Virus record (IMG/VR): IMGVR_UViG_3300046462_000479
Reading direction: 5' to 3' (one strand)
DNA from: a virus
Taxonomy: Duplodnaviria > Heunggongvirae > Uroviricota > Caudoviricetes
Length of the DNA stretch: 64,000 nt
Shown: one piece after another, positions 1-8,038 of the stretch
Layout: the number at the start of each line of letters is the position of its first letter
Position numbering within the stretch: the stretch's first letter is position 1
Made by a program: the position numbers and the translations under genes
Notes under the pieces: generated by a model
Databases searched by the model: none
What the model saw: the letters and a program-made list of their open reading frames with translations, nothing else
Told to the model about the DNA's origin: nothing

Positions 1-1
1 C

Positions 2-30
2 TTGACAGGGAATCGAACCAGGAGTAGTGT
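2..30 (+). promoter_or_regulatory. sigma-A/HrdB-like promoter TTGACA-N17-TAGTGT; the ATG at 38 lies ~7 nt after the -10, so the transcript is probably leaderless
   Basis: Hexamers read directly from the sequence; 17-nt spacing. Confidence 0.45.
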
Positions 31-37
31 TCTGGGC

Positions 38-142
38 ATGATCACTTACTTCCTCACCGCGCTGTTCATTGTCGCCGCCGTCCGCTACATCATCCGGTAC
101 GGCATCGGCAACGTCCGCCGCCCGCGGGGCTACCGTGCGTAG
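38..142 (+). CDS. 34-aa hydrophobic membrane peptide (MITYFLTALFIVAAVRYIIRYGIGN...)
   Basis: ATG immediately after the promoter; sequence predicts a transmembrane helix; not in the ORF track because it is under 60 aa. Confidence 0.3.
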   Translation: MITYFLTALFIVAAVRYIIRYGIGNVRRPRGYRA

Positions 143-275
143 CCCCGCGCGCATCATCCGCATCGAGTGGAAAGACGGATGGCAAATCGTCACCTTTGCC
201 GATGGCTACCAGATCGGCGGCCCTGTCACCAGTGTGACAAGTCACACTCGACCCCCTGAAGGGAGGAACCCATGA
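135..275 (+). CDS. hypothetical 46-aa protein (GTG start; same frame as track ORF 69..275)
   Basis: GTG start overlaps the upstream stop; the stop TGA overlaps the next ATG (ATGA coupling). Confidence 0.3.
   Translation: MRSPARIIRIEWKDGWQIVTFADGYQIGGPVTSVTSHTRPPEGRNP
232..247. repeat. 16-bp palindrome family, variant GTGTGACAAGTCACAC
   Basis: One mismatch to GTGTGACATGTCACAC; 24 nt upstream of the ATG at 272. Confidence 0.8.
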
Positions 276-349
276 TCCTCGCAATGTGGATATACGCGGC
301 GCTATGCGTCGCGGCCATAGTCTGGCTATGGTGGCGCTTCGCCCGCTAG
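272..349 (+). CDS. 25-aa membrane peptide (MILAMWIYAALCVAAIVWLWWRFAR)
   Basis: RBS GAAGGGAGGA then ATG; hydrophobic; followed by a terminator. Confidence 0.35.
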   Translation: MILAMWIYAALCVAAIVWLWWRFAR

Positions 350-371
350 ACAATCGAGACTTCGCCCACTA

Positions 372-401
372 AGAGCCCCGCCCACGCGGGGCTCTTTTTT
401 A
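372..401 (+). terminator. rho-independent terminator (10-bp GC stem AGAGCCCCGC/GCGGGGCTCT, loop CCAC, T6)
   Basis: Perfect inverted repeat followed by TTTTTT. Confidence 0.6.
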
Positions 402-411
402 TGCCCAAAAG

Positions 412-1104
412 TCAGACAGTGTGACATGTCACACTCAAAAGCTGATGGCCGAGGAGTTCCGTGTAGGCGGGCGGGATCGCTTCCTTCAACGCCTGCCAAT
501 CAGAGGACCAGTCGATCCCCAAAGCCTCGCGCGCCAGCTGGACTTTCTCCCGCCGGGAAAACTGGCCCTTCCCGACACCGTACTTACGGCGCGCATAAGC
601 CGGATGATGCCCGTAAATCCCGATCGTCTGCTCCCGCCAACACCCGGCACACACCGGCACGAACGGCATCCAGTTCGCCTCAAACAACCGATGCCTACGC
701 AACATATACCGGCCCGCCGGGGCTGAACACCCAGCGTAAGTGACGCCCAACCCGAACATGCTCCCACACAACAACACCGGATCATGGAGTGGAGCACCCT
801 CCACGTTCTCGATCACGAACGGCAAACCCGACGCGGTTAATTTCTCCCGGACCTGCTCGATCAGCCTCGGATGGAAACGATTCGCCCCCGGCAGAATCCT
901 CGTGGACGAGTACGCCTGACATGGAGGCGAAGCGTGCACCGCATCGAACCCGTCCAACGGGAAGGTGAGCGCGTCCGCACATATGAACTCGAACGGATAG
1001 TCCGGCTGCGGCACGATGTCCACGCCCACCACCTCGAAGCCTGCACGCGCATACCCGACGGCCGCGCCACCGAGCCCGCAAAACAGGTCAATTAACTTGA
1101 CCAA
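412..1104 (-). CDS. DNA (cytosine-5)-methyltransferase (Dcm-like), TTG start
   Basis: Motif I FCGLGG, catalytic PPCQ, ENV motif; 230 aa. Confidence 0.85.
   Translation of the reverse strand: MVKLIDLFCGLGGAAVGYARAGFEVVGVDIVPQPDYPFEFICADALTFPLDGFDAVHASPPCQAYSSTRILPGANRFHPRLIEQVREKLTASGLPFVIENVEGAPLHDPVLLCGSMFGLGVTYAGCSAPAGRYMLRRHRLFEANWMPFVPVCAGCWREQTIGIYGHHPAYARRKYGVGKGQFSRREKVQLAREALGIDWSSDWQALKEAIPPAYTELLGHQLLSVTCHTV
419..434. repeat. 16-bp palindrome GTGTGACATGTCACAC
   Basis: Perfect match. Confidence 0.9.
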
Positions 1105-1126
1105 GGGTACCCCCAGGGTGTATACT
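1097..1126 (+). promoter_or_regulatory. promoter TTGACC-N18-TATACT with TG upstream of the -10 and a C-rich spacer; divergent from the methyltransferase gene
   Basis: Consensus hexamers; SD GGAGG 10 nt downstream; one of a family of four. Confidence 0.55.
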
Positions 1127-1174
1127 TTAGTTAATGGAGGAGATGGATTCCTCCCCTAGCGAAAGGAGCGGGAC

Positions 1175-1372
1175 ATGCCGCTCGCAATCGTCCTGAAGTC
1201 CAAGCAGGGCTTCAGCGACTACATCCTCCCCCGCCGGTACGACACCCTCGGGGACGCGCTCGATGCGCGAGCAAAGAAGCGCGAGATGAACGGCGAGTCG
1301 ATGTTCCAGACGCGAGAGATCGCCGAGGTCATCGACACCAAGCGCACCACCAAGATCGTGCGCTTCCTCTAG
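1175..1372 (+). CDS. hypothetical protein (65 aa)
   Basis: ORF track; SD AAAGGAGCGGG upstream. Confidence 0.55.
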   Translation: MPLAIVLKSKQGFSDYILPRRYDTLGDALDARAKKREMNGESMFQTREIAEVIDTKRTTKIVRFL

Positions 1373-1384
1373 CAGACTGAGCCA

Positions 1385-1400
1385 GTGTGACATGTCACAC
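1385..1400. repeat. 16-bp palindrome
   Basis: Perfect match. Confidence 0.9.
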
Positions 1401-1436
1401 TGGCTCGATGTGCTAACGGGAAGGAGGAACAAGCAC

Positions 1437-1553
1437 ATGGCAGCATGGCACGAATACCCCAAGCACCAGCGGCGCAACAACCTGATGTGGACCCTGTTCC
1501 TCATCGGCGAAATCGTCGCCTTCCTCGTCATCCTCTACACCCAATCCCACTAA
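1437..1553 (+). CDS. 38-aa membrane peptide (MAAWHEYPKHQRRNNLMWTLFLIGEIVAFLVILYTQSH)
   Basis: RBS GGAAGGAGGA; transmembrane segment; not in the ORF track. Confidence 0.35.
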   Translation: MAAWHEYPKHQRRNNLMWTLFLIGEIVAFLVILYTQSH

Positions 1554-1567
1554 AGGAGTCCACCCAC

Positions 1568-1807
1568 ATGGACACCAGCTACCCGCTCACCAAGCTCGCG
1601 GGTGGGGCCGCAATCGTCGCCCACAAATGGAACGACCCCTGGGGCACCTGCCCCTGCGGACACCTCGTCTGGGTCGGCGACGACGACACCCACACCTGCG
1701 GCGGATGCGGCACCACGCGCCCCGTCATCCACATCGACGGTGCCCGCACCTACGGGCCGTTCCAAGACTTGACCCACAAGCTCCACGAACGCGCCGTCAC
1801 CGGCTAA
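1568..1807 (+). CDS. hypothetical Cys/His-rich (Zn-binding-like) protein, 79 aa
   Basis: Internal ATG of track ORF 1445..1807, preceded by SD AAGGAG; CPCGH...HTCGGCG. Confidence 0.5.
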   Translation: MDTSYPLTKLAGGAAIVAHKWNDPWGTCPCGHLVWVGDDDTHTCGGCGTTRPVIHIDGARTYGPFQDLTHKLHERAVTG

Positions 1808-1824
1808 CTCCCTTCCCAGAAGGT

Positions 1825-1840
1825 GTGTGACATGTCACAC
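1825..1840. repeat. 16-bp palindrome (20-bp extended GTGTGTGACATGTCACACAC)
   Basis: Perfect match. Confidence 0.9.
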
Positions 1841-1868
1841 ACCCTGGGGGAAAGGAGGTGGCACCCAT

Positions 1869-2123
1869 ATGGCCCGCTTCGCAATCGAAGACCCGCACGA
1901 TCACACGCCGATCGGCACCAGCGGCGACACCGAGTCGCCCTTCCGCGAACTCACGTTCACGGAACTCACCAGCCAGGACAACTTCGGCGACTACTTCCGC
2001 TTCAGCGTCACCGTGCGCCTGAAGCGCGACGAAGCGCTACTGCTCGCACGCAAGCTGGAGTTCTTCATCCAGGAGGCAACACAGCGCGACTGCCGCGTCT
2101 ACCTCGGCGTCAAGAACTTCTAG
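1869..2123 (+). CDS. hypothetical protein (84 aa)
   Basis: ATG after SD GGAAAGGAGGTGG; the track ORF starts inside the palindrome. Confidence 0.55.
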   Translation: MARFAIEDPHDHTPIGTSGDTESPFRELTFTELTSQDNFGDYFRFSVTVRLKRDEALLLARKLEFFIQEATQRDCRVYLGVKNF

Positions 2124-2141
2124 CCTTTCTGACTCCACCCA

Positions 2142-2157
2142 GTGTGACTTGTCACGC
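2142..2157. repeat. palindrome variant GTGTGACTTGTCACGC
   Basis: Two mismatches. Confidence 0.8.
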
Positions 2158-2191
2158 TGGAGTGGGGTGAGAAAGGAGGTGGCCCACCCAC

Positions 2192-2404
2192 ATGAGCTAT
2201 CCAACCACCCACGTAGAGCTGACCACGCTCGACCTGCTCAACCTGAAAAACCTGGTCCGGTACCGCATCACCAGGCTGCAACAGGACAAGCACGACCACC
2301 CGGACCTCGCGCACGTGTTCGAGGAACAGATCCAGGTGCACGAGCAGACGTTCGCACGGCTCGACCGCGCGCACATCGACATGTACCCCGCCCGCGCCGC
2401 CTAG
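2192..2404 (+). CDS. hypothetical protein (70 aa)
   Basis: ORF track; SD GAGAAAGGAGGTGG. Confidence 0.55.
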   Translation: MSYPTTHVELTTLDLLNLKNLVRYRITRLQQDKHDHPDLAHVFEEQIQVHEQTFARLDRAHIDMYPARAA

Positions 2405-2416
2405 CTGACCACACCA

Positions 2417-2432
2417 GCGTGACATGTCACAC
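2417..2432. repeat. palindrome variant GCGTGACATGTCACAC
   Basis: One mismatch. Confidence 0.85.
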
Positions 2433-2512
2433 GCTGGTGGGGTGAGAAAGGAGGTGAAATATCAAGACACAGACCGTGTTGCGATAATCACAACATGCAA
2501 GGAGAAGCAACC

Positions 2513-2788
2513 ATGGCAACGGCCGAGCCCACACTCGCCGACGACCAGATCCTGCTCAACGTGCCACGCACCTCAGCAGACCTGGTCCGCACCACCTGGG
2601 ACTACGAAGTCCGGGTCATCTACCTGCCCGACCTGTCCGCACCCGAATGCGCCTGGGTGTCCATCCTCGACCGCAAAGGCAACATGATCGGCGAACCGAT
2701 CACCCTCACGGTCGAGGACGGAATCGAAGCCTTCAAGAACCCGCGCAAGTTCAGCAACGAGCTGAACGACTTCCTCGCACGGCACTAA
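2513..2788 (+). CDS. hypothetical protein (91 aa)
   Basis: ATG after AAGGAGAAGCAACC; protein-like composition. Confidence 0.55.
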   Translation: MATAEPTLADDQILLNVPRTSADLVRTTWDYEVRVIYLPDLSAPECAWVSILDRKGNMIGEPITLTVEDGIEAFKNPRKFSNELNDFLARH

Positions 2789-2816
2789 CCAACCTCAGTT
2801 GTCAAAGACCAAGGGA

Positions 2817-2832
2817 GCGTGACATGTCACGC
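2817..2832. repeat. palindrome variant GCGTGACATGTCACGC (symmetric)
   Basis: Perfect dyad. Confidence 0.85.
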
Positions 2833-2863
2833 TCCCAAACCTCTACCCACGCAGAGGAGCACC

Positions 2864-3115
2864 ATGGAACGAAACGAACTGCTGCAAGAAATCGAGCGGC
2901 GCTCCACCACCCTCGAACTCGGTGTTCCGATCGCCAACGGCGACGGCACCTTCACCCGGTACAGCCTGCTCGGAGCGGTCGGCCAGAAACTCGCCGCCGC
3001 CGCCGAAAACGCGAAGGAAGAACCGGTCGTCTGTCCCCACTGTGGCGCGGTTAACCGCGCCACCGAGGACCAGGGACTCGTCTACTGCCTGGAGTGCAAC
3101 TACATCGTCGACTAG
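2864..3115 (+). CDS. Zn-ribbon protein (CPHCG...CLECN), 83 aa
   Basis: Two CxxC pairs. Confidence 0.55.
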   Translation: MERNELLQEIERRSTTLELGVPIANGDGTFTRYSLLGAVGQKLAAAAENAKEEPVVCPHCGAVNRATEDQGLVYCLECNYIVD

Positions 3116-3285
3116 CCCGCCCACACGTGCTTTACTATAGGACACGCAAGGGGTGACGCCGTAGCTGAAAATCGCTGCAAACAGGAGCAAATCATACCAC
3201 CCCCAGCCCCAAAAAACCAGTGCCTCTGGCCCCCGTTCCGCCTGAACGGGGGCGAAGCGCATGTCTGCGCCGAGAAGAAACCCCA

Positions 3286-3301
3286 GTGTGACATGTCACA
3301 C
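3286..3301. repeat. 16-bp palindrome
   Basis: Perfect match. Confidence 0.9.
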
Positions 3302-3318
3302 TCCCAAAAGAAGGAGAA

Positions 3319-3675
3319 ATGAGGACCATCTACGCCTACAGCAGCGAGAGAGAAGTCGAGCTGGGCCGCGACCCACACGCCGTCCGCATCATGATCAAAG
3401 ACAGCGACTACAACGCGTTCTCACGCCAACGCGTAGCCGAGAACCAGTACCTCGGCCGCTACCAGATCGGCGAATACATGACCGTCTACGACTACCGGCA
3501 CAAGCGCACCTACAAGCTCGCCAACGCACCCTGCGGACTCGGCTGCCGCTGCGCAGCCGTAGCCATCCAAGTCTGCAGCGAATGCGAACGCGAAGACGGA
3601 ATCATGACCGGAGAAGGATTCTGTGTCACCTGCTACTCCATCCTCAACGGCGAAACCGGAGAAGATCAGCAATGA
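3319..3675 (+). CDS. Cys-rich hypothetical protein (118 aa)
   Basis: ORF track; SD AGAAGGAGAAATG. Confidence 0.55.
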   Translation: MRTIYAYSSEREVELGRDPHAVRIMIKDSDYNAFSRQRVAENQYLGRYQIGEYMTVYDYRHKRTYKLANAPCGLGCRCAAVAIQVCSECEREDGIMTGEGFCVTCYSILNGETGEDQQ

Positions 3676-4007
3676 GCGACCTCACAACTCGCCTCATCGA
3701 ACTCGTCGACGGCGTCCACCTCGCCAGCGAATACGACGACGTAATCGCCAAAGAGCCTGGAACCGCGGCCCTGTTCATCCCTGGCAAAGCCGAAGGAGCA
3801 ATCCCGAACGGCACACGAATCGTCAAGTGCAACACCCAAACAAGCGACTCGTTCTTCGACGGAGACGCGGGAACCGTAAAGGCCAGCCATCTATCCGATG
3901 GGCTGCCAGGAATCCCGCCGTCACCATTCTTCTACTTCGTCGAGTTCGACAAGAAGCCAGGACTGCCTGTCGCGATCTTTGGTAACCGGATCACCACGGG
4001 CATCTGA
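3672..4007 (+). CDS. hypothetical protein (111 aa)
   Basis: ATGA overlap with the upstream stop; the upstream part of track ORF 3261..4007 has an Arg-rich artefactual composition. Confidence 0.5.
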   Translation: MSDLTTRLIELVDGVHLASEYDDVIAKEPGTAALFIPGKAEGAIPNGTRIVKCNTQTSDSFFDGDAGTVKASHLSDGLPGIPPSPFFYFVEFDKKPGLPVAIFGNRITTGI

Positions 4008-4008
4008 A

Positions 4009-4209
4009 ATGAAAGCTGAGCTGCTCACCAAACAAGGCGGCCACGTCGCCTCAATCGAAATGCCGTTCTTCATGACCCCACCCCAAGTGGTGGTATGGGG
4101 TGAACGCATCTTCGTCCACGACGACAGGCCGTTCGTCGAGTCAGAACACGGACACACCTACTACGAAGCATTCGCATGGGCCTACGCAGAACCGATCGGC
4201 GCAACATGA
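4009..4209 (+). CDS. hypothetical protein (66 aa)
   Basis: Internal ATG of the track ORF. Confidence 0.5.
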   Translation: MKAELLTKQGGHVASIEMPFFMTPPQVVVWGERIFVHDDRPFVESEHGHTYYEAFAWAYAEPIGAT

Positions 4210-4301
4210 GCCGCGAAATGAAAGGCATCGTCGCGATCGTCGCCTACGGCATCGTTTTGTGCACCGTGATGCTGTTAAACCACTACGGATATGGAGTGTG
4301 A
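4206..4301 (+). CDS. 31-aa membrane peptide (MSREMKGIVAIVAYGIVLCTVMLLNHYGYGV)
   Basis: ATGA overlap; hydrophobic. Confidence 0.3.
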   Translation: MSREMKGIVAIVAYGIVLCTVMLLNHYGYGV

Positions 4302-4551
4302 CATGTCACACACAGCAGTCGAAACAGTCGGAGAAAGGATCAGACGTCTCCGAACAGAACTCGGCATGAGCCAACGCGACCTCGCAGAACCCGAATACAC
4401 GTTCGCGTACATCAGCCATCTGGAAGCAGGCAACCGGACGGCCAGCCTCACCGCCCTCGTCAAATTCGCGGAAAAGCTCAACACCAGCGCCCTCTATCTC
4501 CTCACTGGCGACGAGCATCGCGACTGCCCATTCTGCGGACGGCACGAGTGA
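4291..4551 (+). CDS. XRE-family helix-turn-helix DNA-binding protein (Cro/CI-like); an alternative start is the ATG at 4303, at the palindrome centre
   Basis: RIRRLRTELGMSQRDLAE...ISHLEAGNR HTH signature. Confidence 0.8.
   Translation: MECDMSHTAVETVGERIRRLRTELGMSQRDLAEPEYTFAYISHLEAGNRTASLTALVKFAEKLNTSALYLLTGDEHRDCPFCGRHE
4296..4311. repeat. 16-bp palindrome; its central ATG is a candidate start codon
   Basis: Perfect match; GGAG 7 nt upstream. Confidence 0.9.
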
Positions 4552-4709
4552 TGCTAGTCGCAATCAGCAGCCTGCAAGCGCTCGTCCGCAACATGCACAA
4601 CCTCGAACGGCAAGGCATGAACGTCCCCGCCAGCATGTACGGGCGGGCACACACCCTCCTCAACGCGCTCAACCACCACATCGAAAGAGAAAGGAAATCC
4701 CATGAGTAA
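4551..4709 (+). CDS. hypothetical 52-aa protein
   Basis: TGATG overlap with the upstream stop; not in the track. Confidence 0.3.
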   Translation: MLVAISSLQALVRNMHNLERQGMNVPASMYGRAHTLLNALNHHIERERKSHE

Positions 4710-4846
4710 AAGAATGCTTGAACTCACGATCCATTACGCGACCGCGTACCGCTGGAACCATGCGTGACCCAGCACGCATCCCCTTGACCCGTGGTACTGG
4801 GAAGAGGACGAGTGGCTGCGACGCATCGACCTATTCAGGAGGGAAC

Positions 4847-5224
4847 ATGGAACTCAAAGTGGGCGACAAGATCACCCGGTACATGAGCGACGAACAGATA
4901 CCCATCCCAGCAGAAGTGTTTGCTGTCGACGACGACTACGTCTACCTCAGCAACGGGGTAATGACCCGCAAAGATCAATGCTGGAAGTTCGACAAAACCT
5001 GCGGGTATGAAGTCGACGAAGAGCTGGGGCTAGGACGGATGGAGGACGGCACCGTTCTGACCAGCAGCTACATCCCCGTCAAGGAATACGGGCCGCCAGA
5101 ACTACTCACTCGCGACCAGCTGATCGCGCTGAAACTCGCCGCCGTCGCCAAACGCGATGGCGTGTCGAAAGAAACGGCGCTCAGCCTCATTTTGGGCTTC
5201 ACAGATAGGCCGGAAGGAGTGTGA
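4847..5224 (+). CDS. hypothetical protein (125 aa)
   Basis: Internal ATG after AGGAGGGAAC; the upstream part of the track ORF is not protein-like. Confidence 0.5.
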   Translation: MELKVGDKITRYMSDEQIPIPAEVFAVDDDYVYLSNGVMTRKDQCWKFDKTCGYEVDEELGLGRMEDGTVLTSSYIPVKEYGPPELLTRDQLIALKLAAVAKRDGVSKETALSLILGFTDRPEGV

Positions 5225-5234
5225 CATGTCACGC
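5219..5234. repeat. palindrome variant GTGTGACATGTCACGC; its central ATG is the start of the next gene
   Basis: One mismatch. Confidence 0.85.
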
Positions 5235-5633
5235 CTAGCGCTTCCCTGCATCGCCTGCGGCCGCGAACTACACAACGTCGACGACATGGCTGGCAATCAG
5301 CCGTACAACGGCACCGCGTTCACGACGCATGGCCACTACGGGTCCACGATCTACGACCCGATGGACGGCCACTACCTCGAAATCAACGTATGTGACGCCT
5401 GCCTCGCACTCCATCCGGAACGGGCACTCGAAGGCCGCGACCGCAGACCCGTCATGGAAGACGGGGTCATCGTCCGATTCGAGGACGTGGAATGGCAGGA
5501 GATGCCGTGGATGCCAGATCCCGAGTCGATCGACTATGCGCTCAAGGTCACGCGCAAGGAGAGCGGCATCGACGACCTCAATCCTCTTCGCCAGATTCCA
5601 GTTCCGGAGTCTGATCCCCCAGCTGCAGCCTGA
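5226..5633 (+). CDS. Cys-rich (CIACG...CDAC) hypothetical protein, 135 aa
   Basis: ATG inside the palindrome; SD GGAAGGAG. Confidence 0.55.
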   Translation: MSRLALPCIACGRELHNVDDMAGNQPYNGTAFTTHGHYGSTIYDPMDGHYLEINVCDACLALHPERALEGRDRRPVMEDGVIVRFEDVEWQEMPWMPDPESIDYALKVTRKESGIDDLNPLRQIPVPESDPPAAA

Positions 5634-6045
5634 ACTTCACCGCGTCCGCGTTCTGGCCCGCGAACTCGATCCGGGTCGGGATGTGGTATTTCTCGGGATG
5701 GCGGCGTTCAAGCAGCCATTCCAGATGTTTGGTGTCGAACTCCTGGACCACGCCGACCAGCTGGCCGCGCTGAAAGATCGGCCGCTCGTTCGGTTCTAGC
5801 GCACGCCGGACGTTCTCGTATTCGAGAGCGTCGTCGATCATTTTTTGCGCGGCGTCGTACAAGGCCGAGAATCGTGGCGACGCTTTCCGTCGTGACTCGA
5901 CCGCGTTCGGGTGTACGCCAGCAGCCCTGGCTGCTTTGCCGATGATCGCGTACTCGTTCACGAGGGCCTCCAGGAAATCTTTCTCCCATGCTTCCGGAGG
6001 CCCTTCGTCCTCGAACAGATTTACTTCGTCTTCGGAGTGTGACAT
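5578..6045 (-). CDS. HTH protein resembling the terminase small subunit N-terminal HTH
   Basis: AIIGKAARAAGVHPNAVESRRK...ALYDAA motif; start ATG at the palindrome centre. Confidence 0.5.
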   Translation of the reverse strand: MSHSEDEVNLFEDEGPPEAWEKDFLEALVNEYAIIGKAARAAGVHPNAVESRRKASPRFSALYDAAQKMIDDALEYENVRRALEPNERPIFQRGQLVGVVQEFDTKHLEWLLERRHPEKYHIPTRIEFAGQNADAVKFRLQLGDQTPELESGEED

Positions 6046-6052
6046 GTCACAC
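6037..6052. repeat. 16-bp palindrome (supplies the ATG of the minus-strand gene)
   Basis: Perfect match. Confidence 0.9.
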
Positions 6053-6937
6053 TACTTCGGTGCGGTATCCGTTGCCGTCCCGGTAGAGGGCGTGCCGTTG
6101 TGTGCAGCGGCCGCAAACGATGTAGCCGAGCGGCCTTTCTGGTCCGTCAACGGGTACGACCTGGACCGGATATTCGCGGCCGAGCGTGTCGATCCTGGTT
6201 TCCGTGGAAGGCCTTTCCACGTCTCGTTCGATCTGGGCTCGGACAGCCTCGACTGTTTCGGGCGCAGGCTGGGCTGTTTCTTCTTGGCGCATCCTGTTCC
6301 GGATGGAGCCGACGGTCGGGTGCGACACTCCGCAAACCTCTGCGATGCGACGGTCCGAGCGCGACCAGTCGCGTTGTAGCTCTTTGCGTACGAGCGACTG
6401 TTTCTGCTCTTTGGTCAGTTGGCGTCGGTTCGCGTTCAGCGCGATCGACAGTTCGTATTCGCCTGCCTGGTCGAGGTCGGACACGAACACGACCGGGATC
6501 TCGGTCAAGCCCAACAGTTTGCTGGCCATCAGCCGGTGACGGCCGTCGATCAGCATGTGGCGGCCGATCACGATCGGCACCCTGACGCCTTCGTCCTCGA
6601 TGCTGTTGATCAGCGCCCGCTGTTCTTCTGCGCTTAGGTCAGGCAGCGGCCCCGATTGCAGCTCGATCTCGCTCCTCAGTTCCGCCAGGAGCGACGAGGC
6701 CGAGGATGGCGAGAGCCCTAGCTCGCTGGCGAGGGTAGTCAGGTTGTAGCCATCGCTCATCTCGTCCGCTAAGAGCAGTTTGATCGCCTGCGCCCTCGGG
6801 GACAACGCCTCCAAGTCCACCGTCCGGTAGTTCGTCGAAAACGTAGTCGGGGGTTCGGGAGCCGTTTCTTCCGAGAACTCGTCTGGGGCCGACGTCGACG
6901 GCTCGTTGGCTACATATCCATCGTCCGTACTGCTCAA
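6047..6937 (-). CDS. ParB-like nuclease-domain protein with C-terminal HTH (TTG start)
   Basis: PIVIGRHMLIDGRHRLMASKLLG ParB/Srx core; HTH VSHPTVGSIRNR. Confidence 0.7.
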   Translation of the reverse strand: MSSTDDGYVANEPSTSAPDEFSEETAPEPPTTFSTNYRTVDLEALSPRAQAIKLLLADEMSDGYNLTTLASELGLSPSSASSLLAELRSEIELQSGPLPDLSAEEQRALINSIEDEGVRVPIVIGRHMLIDGRHRLMASKLLGLTEIPVVFVSDLDQAGEYELSIALNANRRQLTKEQKQSLVRKELQRDWSRSDRRIAEVCGVSHPTVGSIRNRMRQEETAQPAPETVEAVRAQIERDVERPSTETRIDTLGREYPVQVVPVDGPERPLGYIVCGRCTQRHALYRDGNGYRTEVV

Positions 6938-7184
6938 AAGTGGCCATCCTTTCCGGGTTGTAGCGGGCCTCGCATCGGTGCAGGATGATGATTAATTCTT
7001 GGAGCGAGTCGTCGTAGAAGCTGGGGCGTAGGAACATGCCCCAGCCGTCGAAGGCGTCGTCGAGGTACTTGCGGCAGAACACTTCTGCGTCCTCGACTGG
7101 TCCTGGATGCCAGCGGGTCGGCCTGCGGTTGAGGTCGTAGGCTGACGCACCGATTTTCAGGGGCTCGGGTAGGAGACGTTTCAC
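6938..7184 (-). CDS. hypothetical protein (~80 aa; 3' end uncertain, its frame runs on into the ParB gene)
   Basis: N-terminal 80 aa of track ORF 6639..7184 are protein-like; the rest overlaps the ParB gene out of frame. Confidence 0.35.
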
Positions 7185-7222
7185 GCTCGTCCGCGAGTGT
7201 AGTACAGGCGACCGGACAGACC

Positions 7223-7252
7223 TTGATCTACCCCACCCCAGTCATGTATACT
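7223..7252 (+). promoter_or_regulatory. promoter TTGATC-N18-TATACT (TG-extended, C-rich spacer)
   Basis: Same family as 1097, 20082 and 21533. Confidence 0.5.
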
Positions 7253-7329
7253 AATGTAATGGAGGGGAGGTACGGGCTGTCGGTCAGCGGCCCGGAGAGC
7301 GGCTGCAACCCGCAACTCCCCTCCTCACA

Positions 7330-7345
7330 GTGTGACTTGTCACAC
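7330..7345. repeat. palindrome variant GTGTGACTTGTCACAC (centre TT); lies in the 5' leader, ~+75 from the promoter
   Basis: 33-bp block identical to 11411-11444. Confidence 0.85.
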
Positions 7346-7364
7346 TCCTAGCGGAAGGAACCTG

Positions 7365-7571
7365 ATGCTTGCACCAGCAGAAGCGATCGGCGTCGAGCAG
7401 ATCATCCCCTCGACCGGACCGCACGAGCAGATCCTGGTCGGCCACGAGCAGGTGGTGGCACTGCACTTCTTCGAGGCGATCGACTATGACCCGGAGTACG
7501 GTCCGGGCGCGAAGGTGTACCGGCCGGTAGGGCTGGCGGACGCAGCCACGATCAGAGGATGGTTGGCGTGA
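7365..7571 (+). CDS. hypothetical protein (68 aa)
   Basis: ATG after GGAAGGAACC. Confidence 0.5.
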   Translation: MLAPAEAIGVEQIIPSTGPHEQILVGHEQVVALHFFEAIDYDPEYGPGAKVYRPVGLADAATIRGWLA

Positions 7572-7846
7572 TGGGAGAGTTCAAGGAGCTACGTAACGAG
7601 ATTTCTGACAACCCGGCCGGGTTCGATCAGATGAAGGCGCAAGCGCTCGAACTGCTGCGCGACACGGGCGCCTACCTGTTGATGGCGAAGCAGGACAACG
7701 GGTTGCATTGTTTGGCTGCGGTCGAGCCGGGCGTGAACTCGGACGAGTTCATGCTCGGGATAATGCAGGGGATGACAGAAATCCTTGAACGAATGGAGGA
7801 TCTGAGCGAGGAAGCAAGGAGGCTTGACGATGGCCAAGAAGCCTGA
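7571..7846 (+). CDS. hypothetical protein (91 aa)
   Basis: ORF track (GTG/ATG). Confidence 0.5.
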   Translation: MGEFKELRNEISDNPAGFDQMKAQALELLRDTGAYLLMAKQDNGLHCLAAVEPGVNSDEFMLGIMQGMTEILERMEDLSEEARRLDDGQEA

Positions 7847-8036
7847 GCCGGTGCAGGGTTTCATGTTCGAGACTGTCGGGGAAGCTGACGGCCGTAACGA
7901 GACGGTCTGCAAGATCATTGAGCGGGCCACTACCGACAACTCGTTCGAGAACGGATGCGCGTTTCTTGTCGAGTTCGGGGACGGCCACCAGATGGAGGCT
8001 TTCGCGTCTGAGCTGCGACCCTGGTATCCGCTCTAA
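7830..8036 (+). CDS. hypothetical protein (68 aa)
   Basis: ORF track. Confidence 0.45.
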   Translation: MAKKPEPVQGFMFETVGEADGRNETVCKIIERATTDNSFENGCAFLVEFGDGHQMEAFASELRPWYPL

Positions 8037-8038
8037 CA

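Noticed and set aside
1-40. tRNA-like T-arm motif GGTTCGATTCC on the minus strand at the window edge
   Set aside because: The flanking stem has two mismatches and the rest would be off-window. The same bases are better explained as a + strand TTGACA-N17-TAGTGT promoter. No other tRNA-like motifs were seen.
3128-3150. T7/SP6-like promoter fragment ...TTTACTATAGGACACG
   Set aside because: Only the CTATAGG core matches, and no phage RNA polymerase gene is present in the window.
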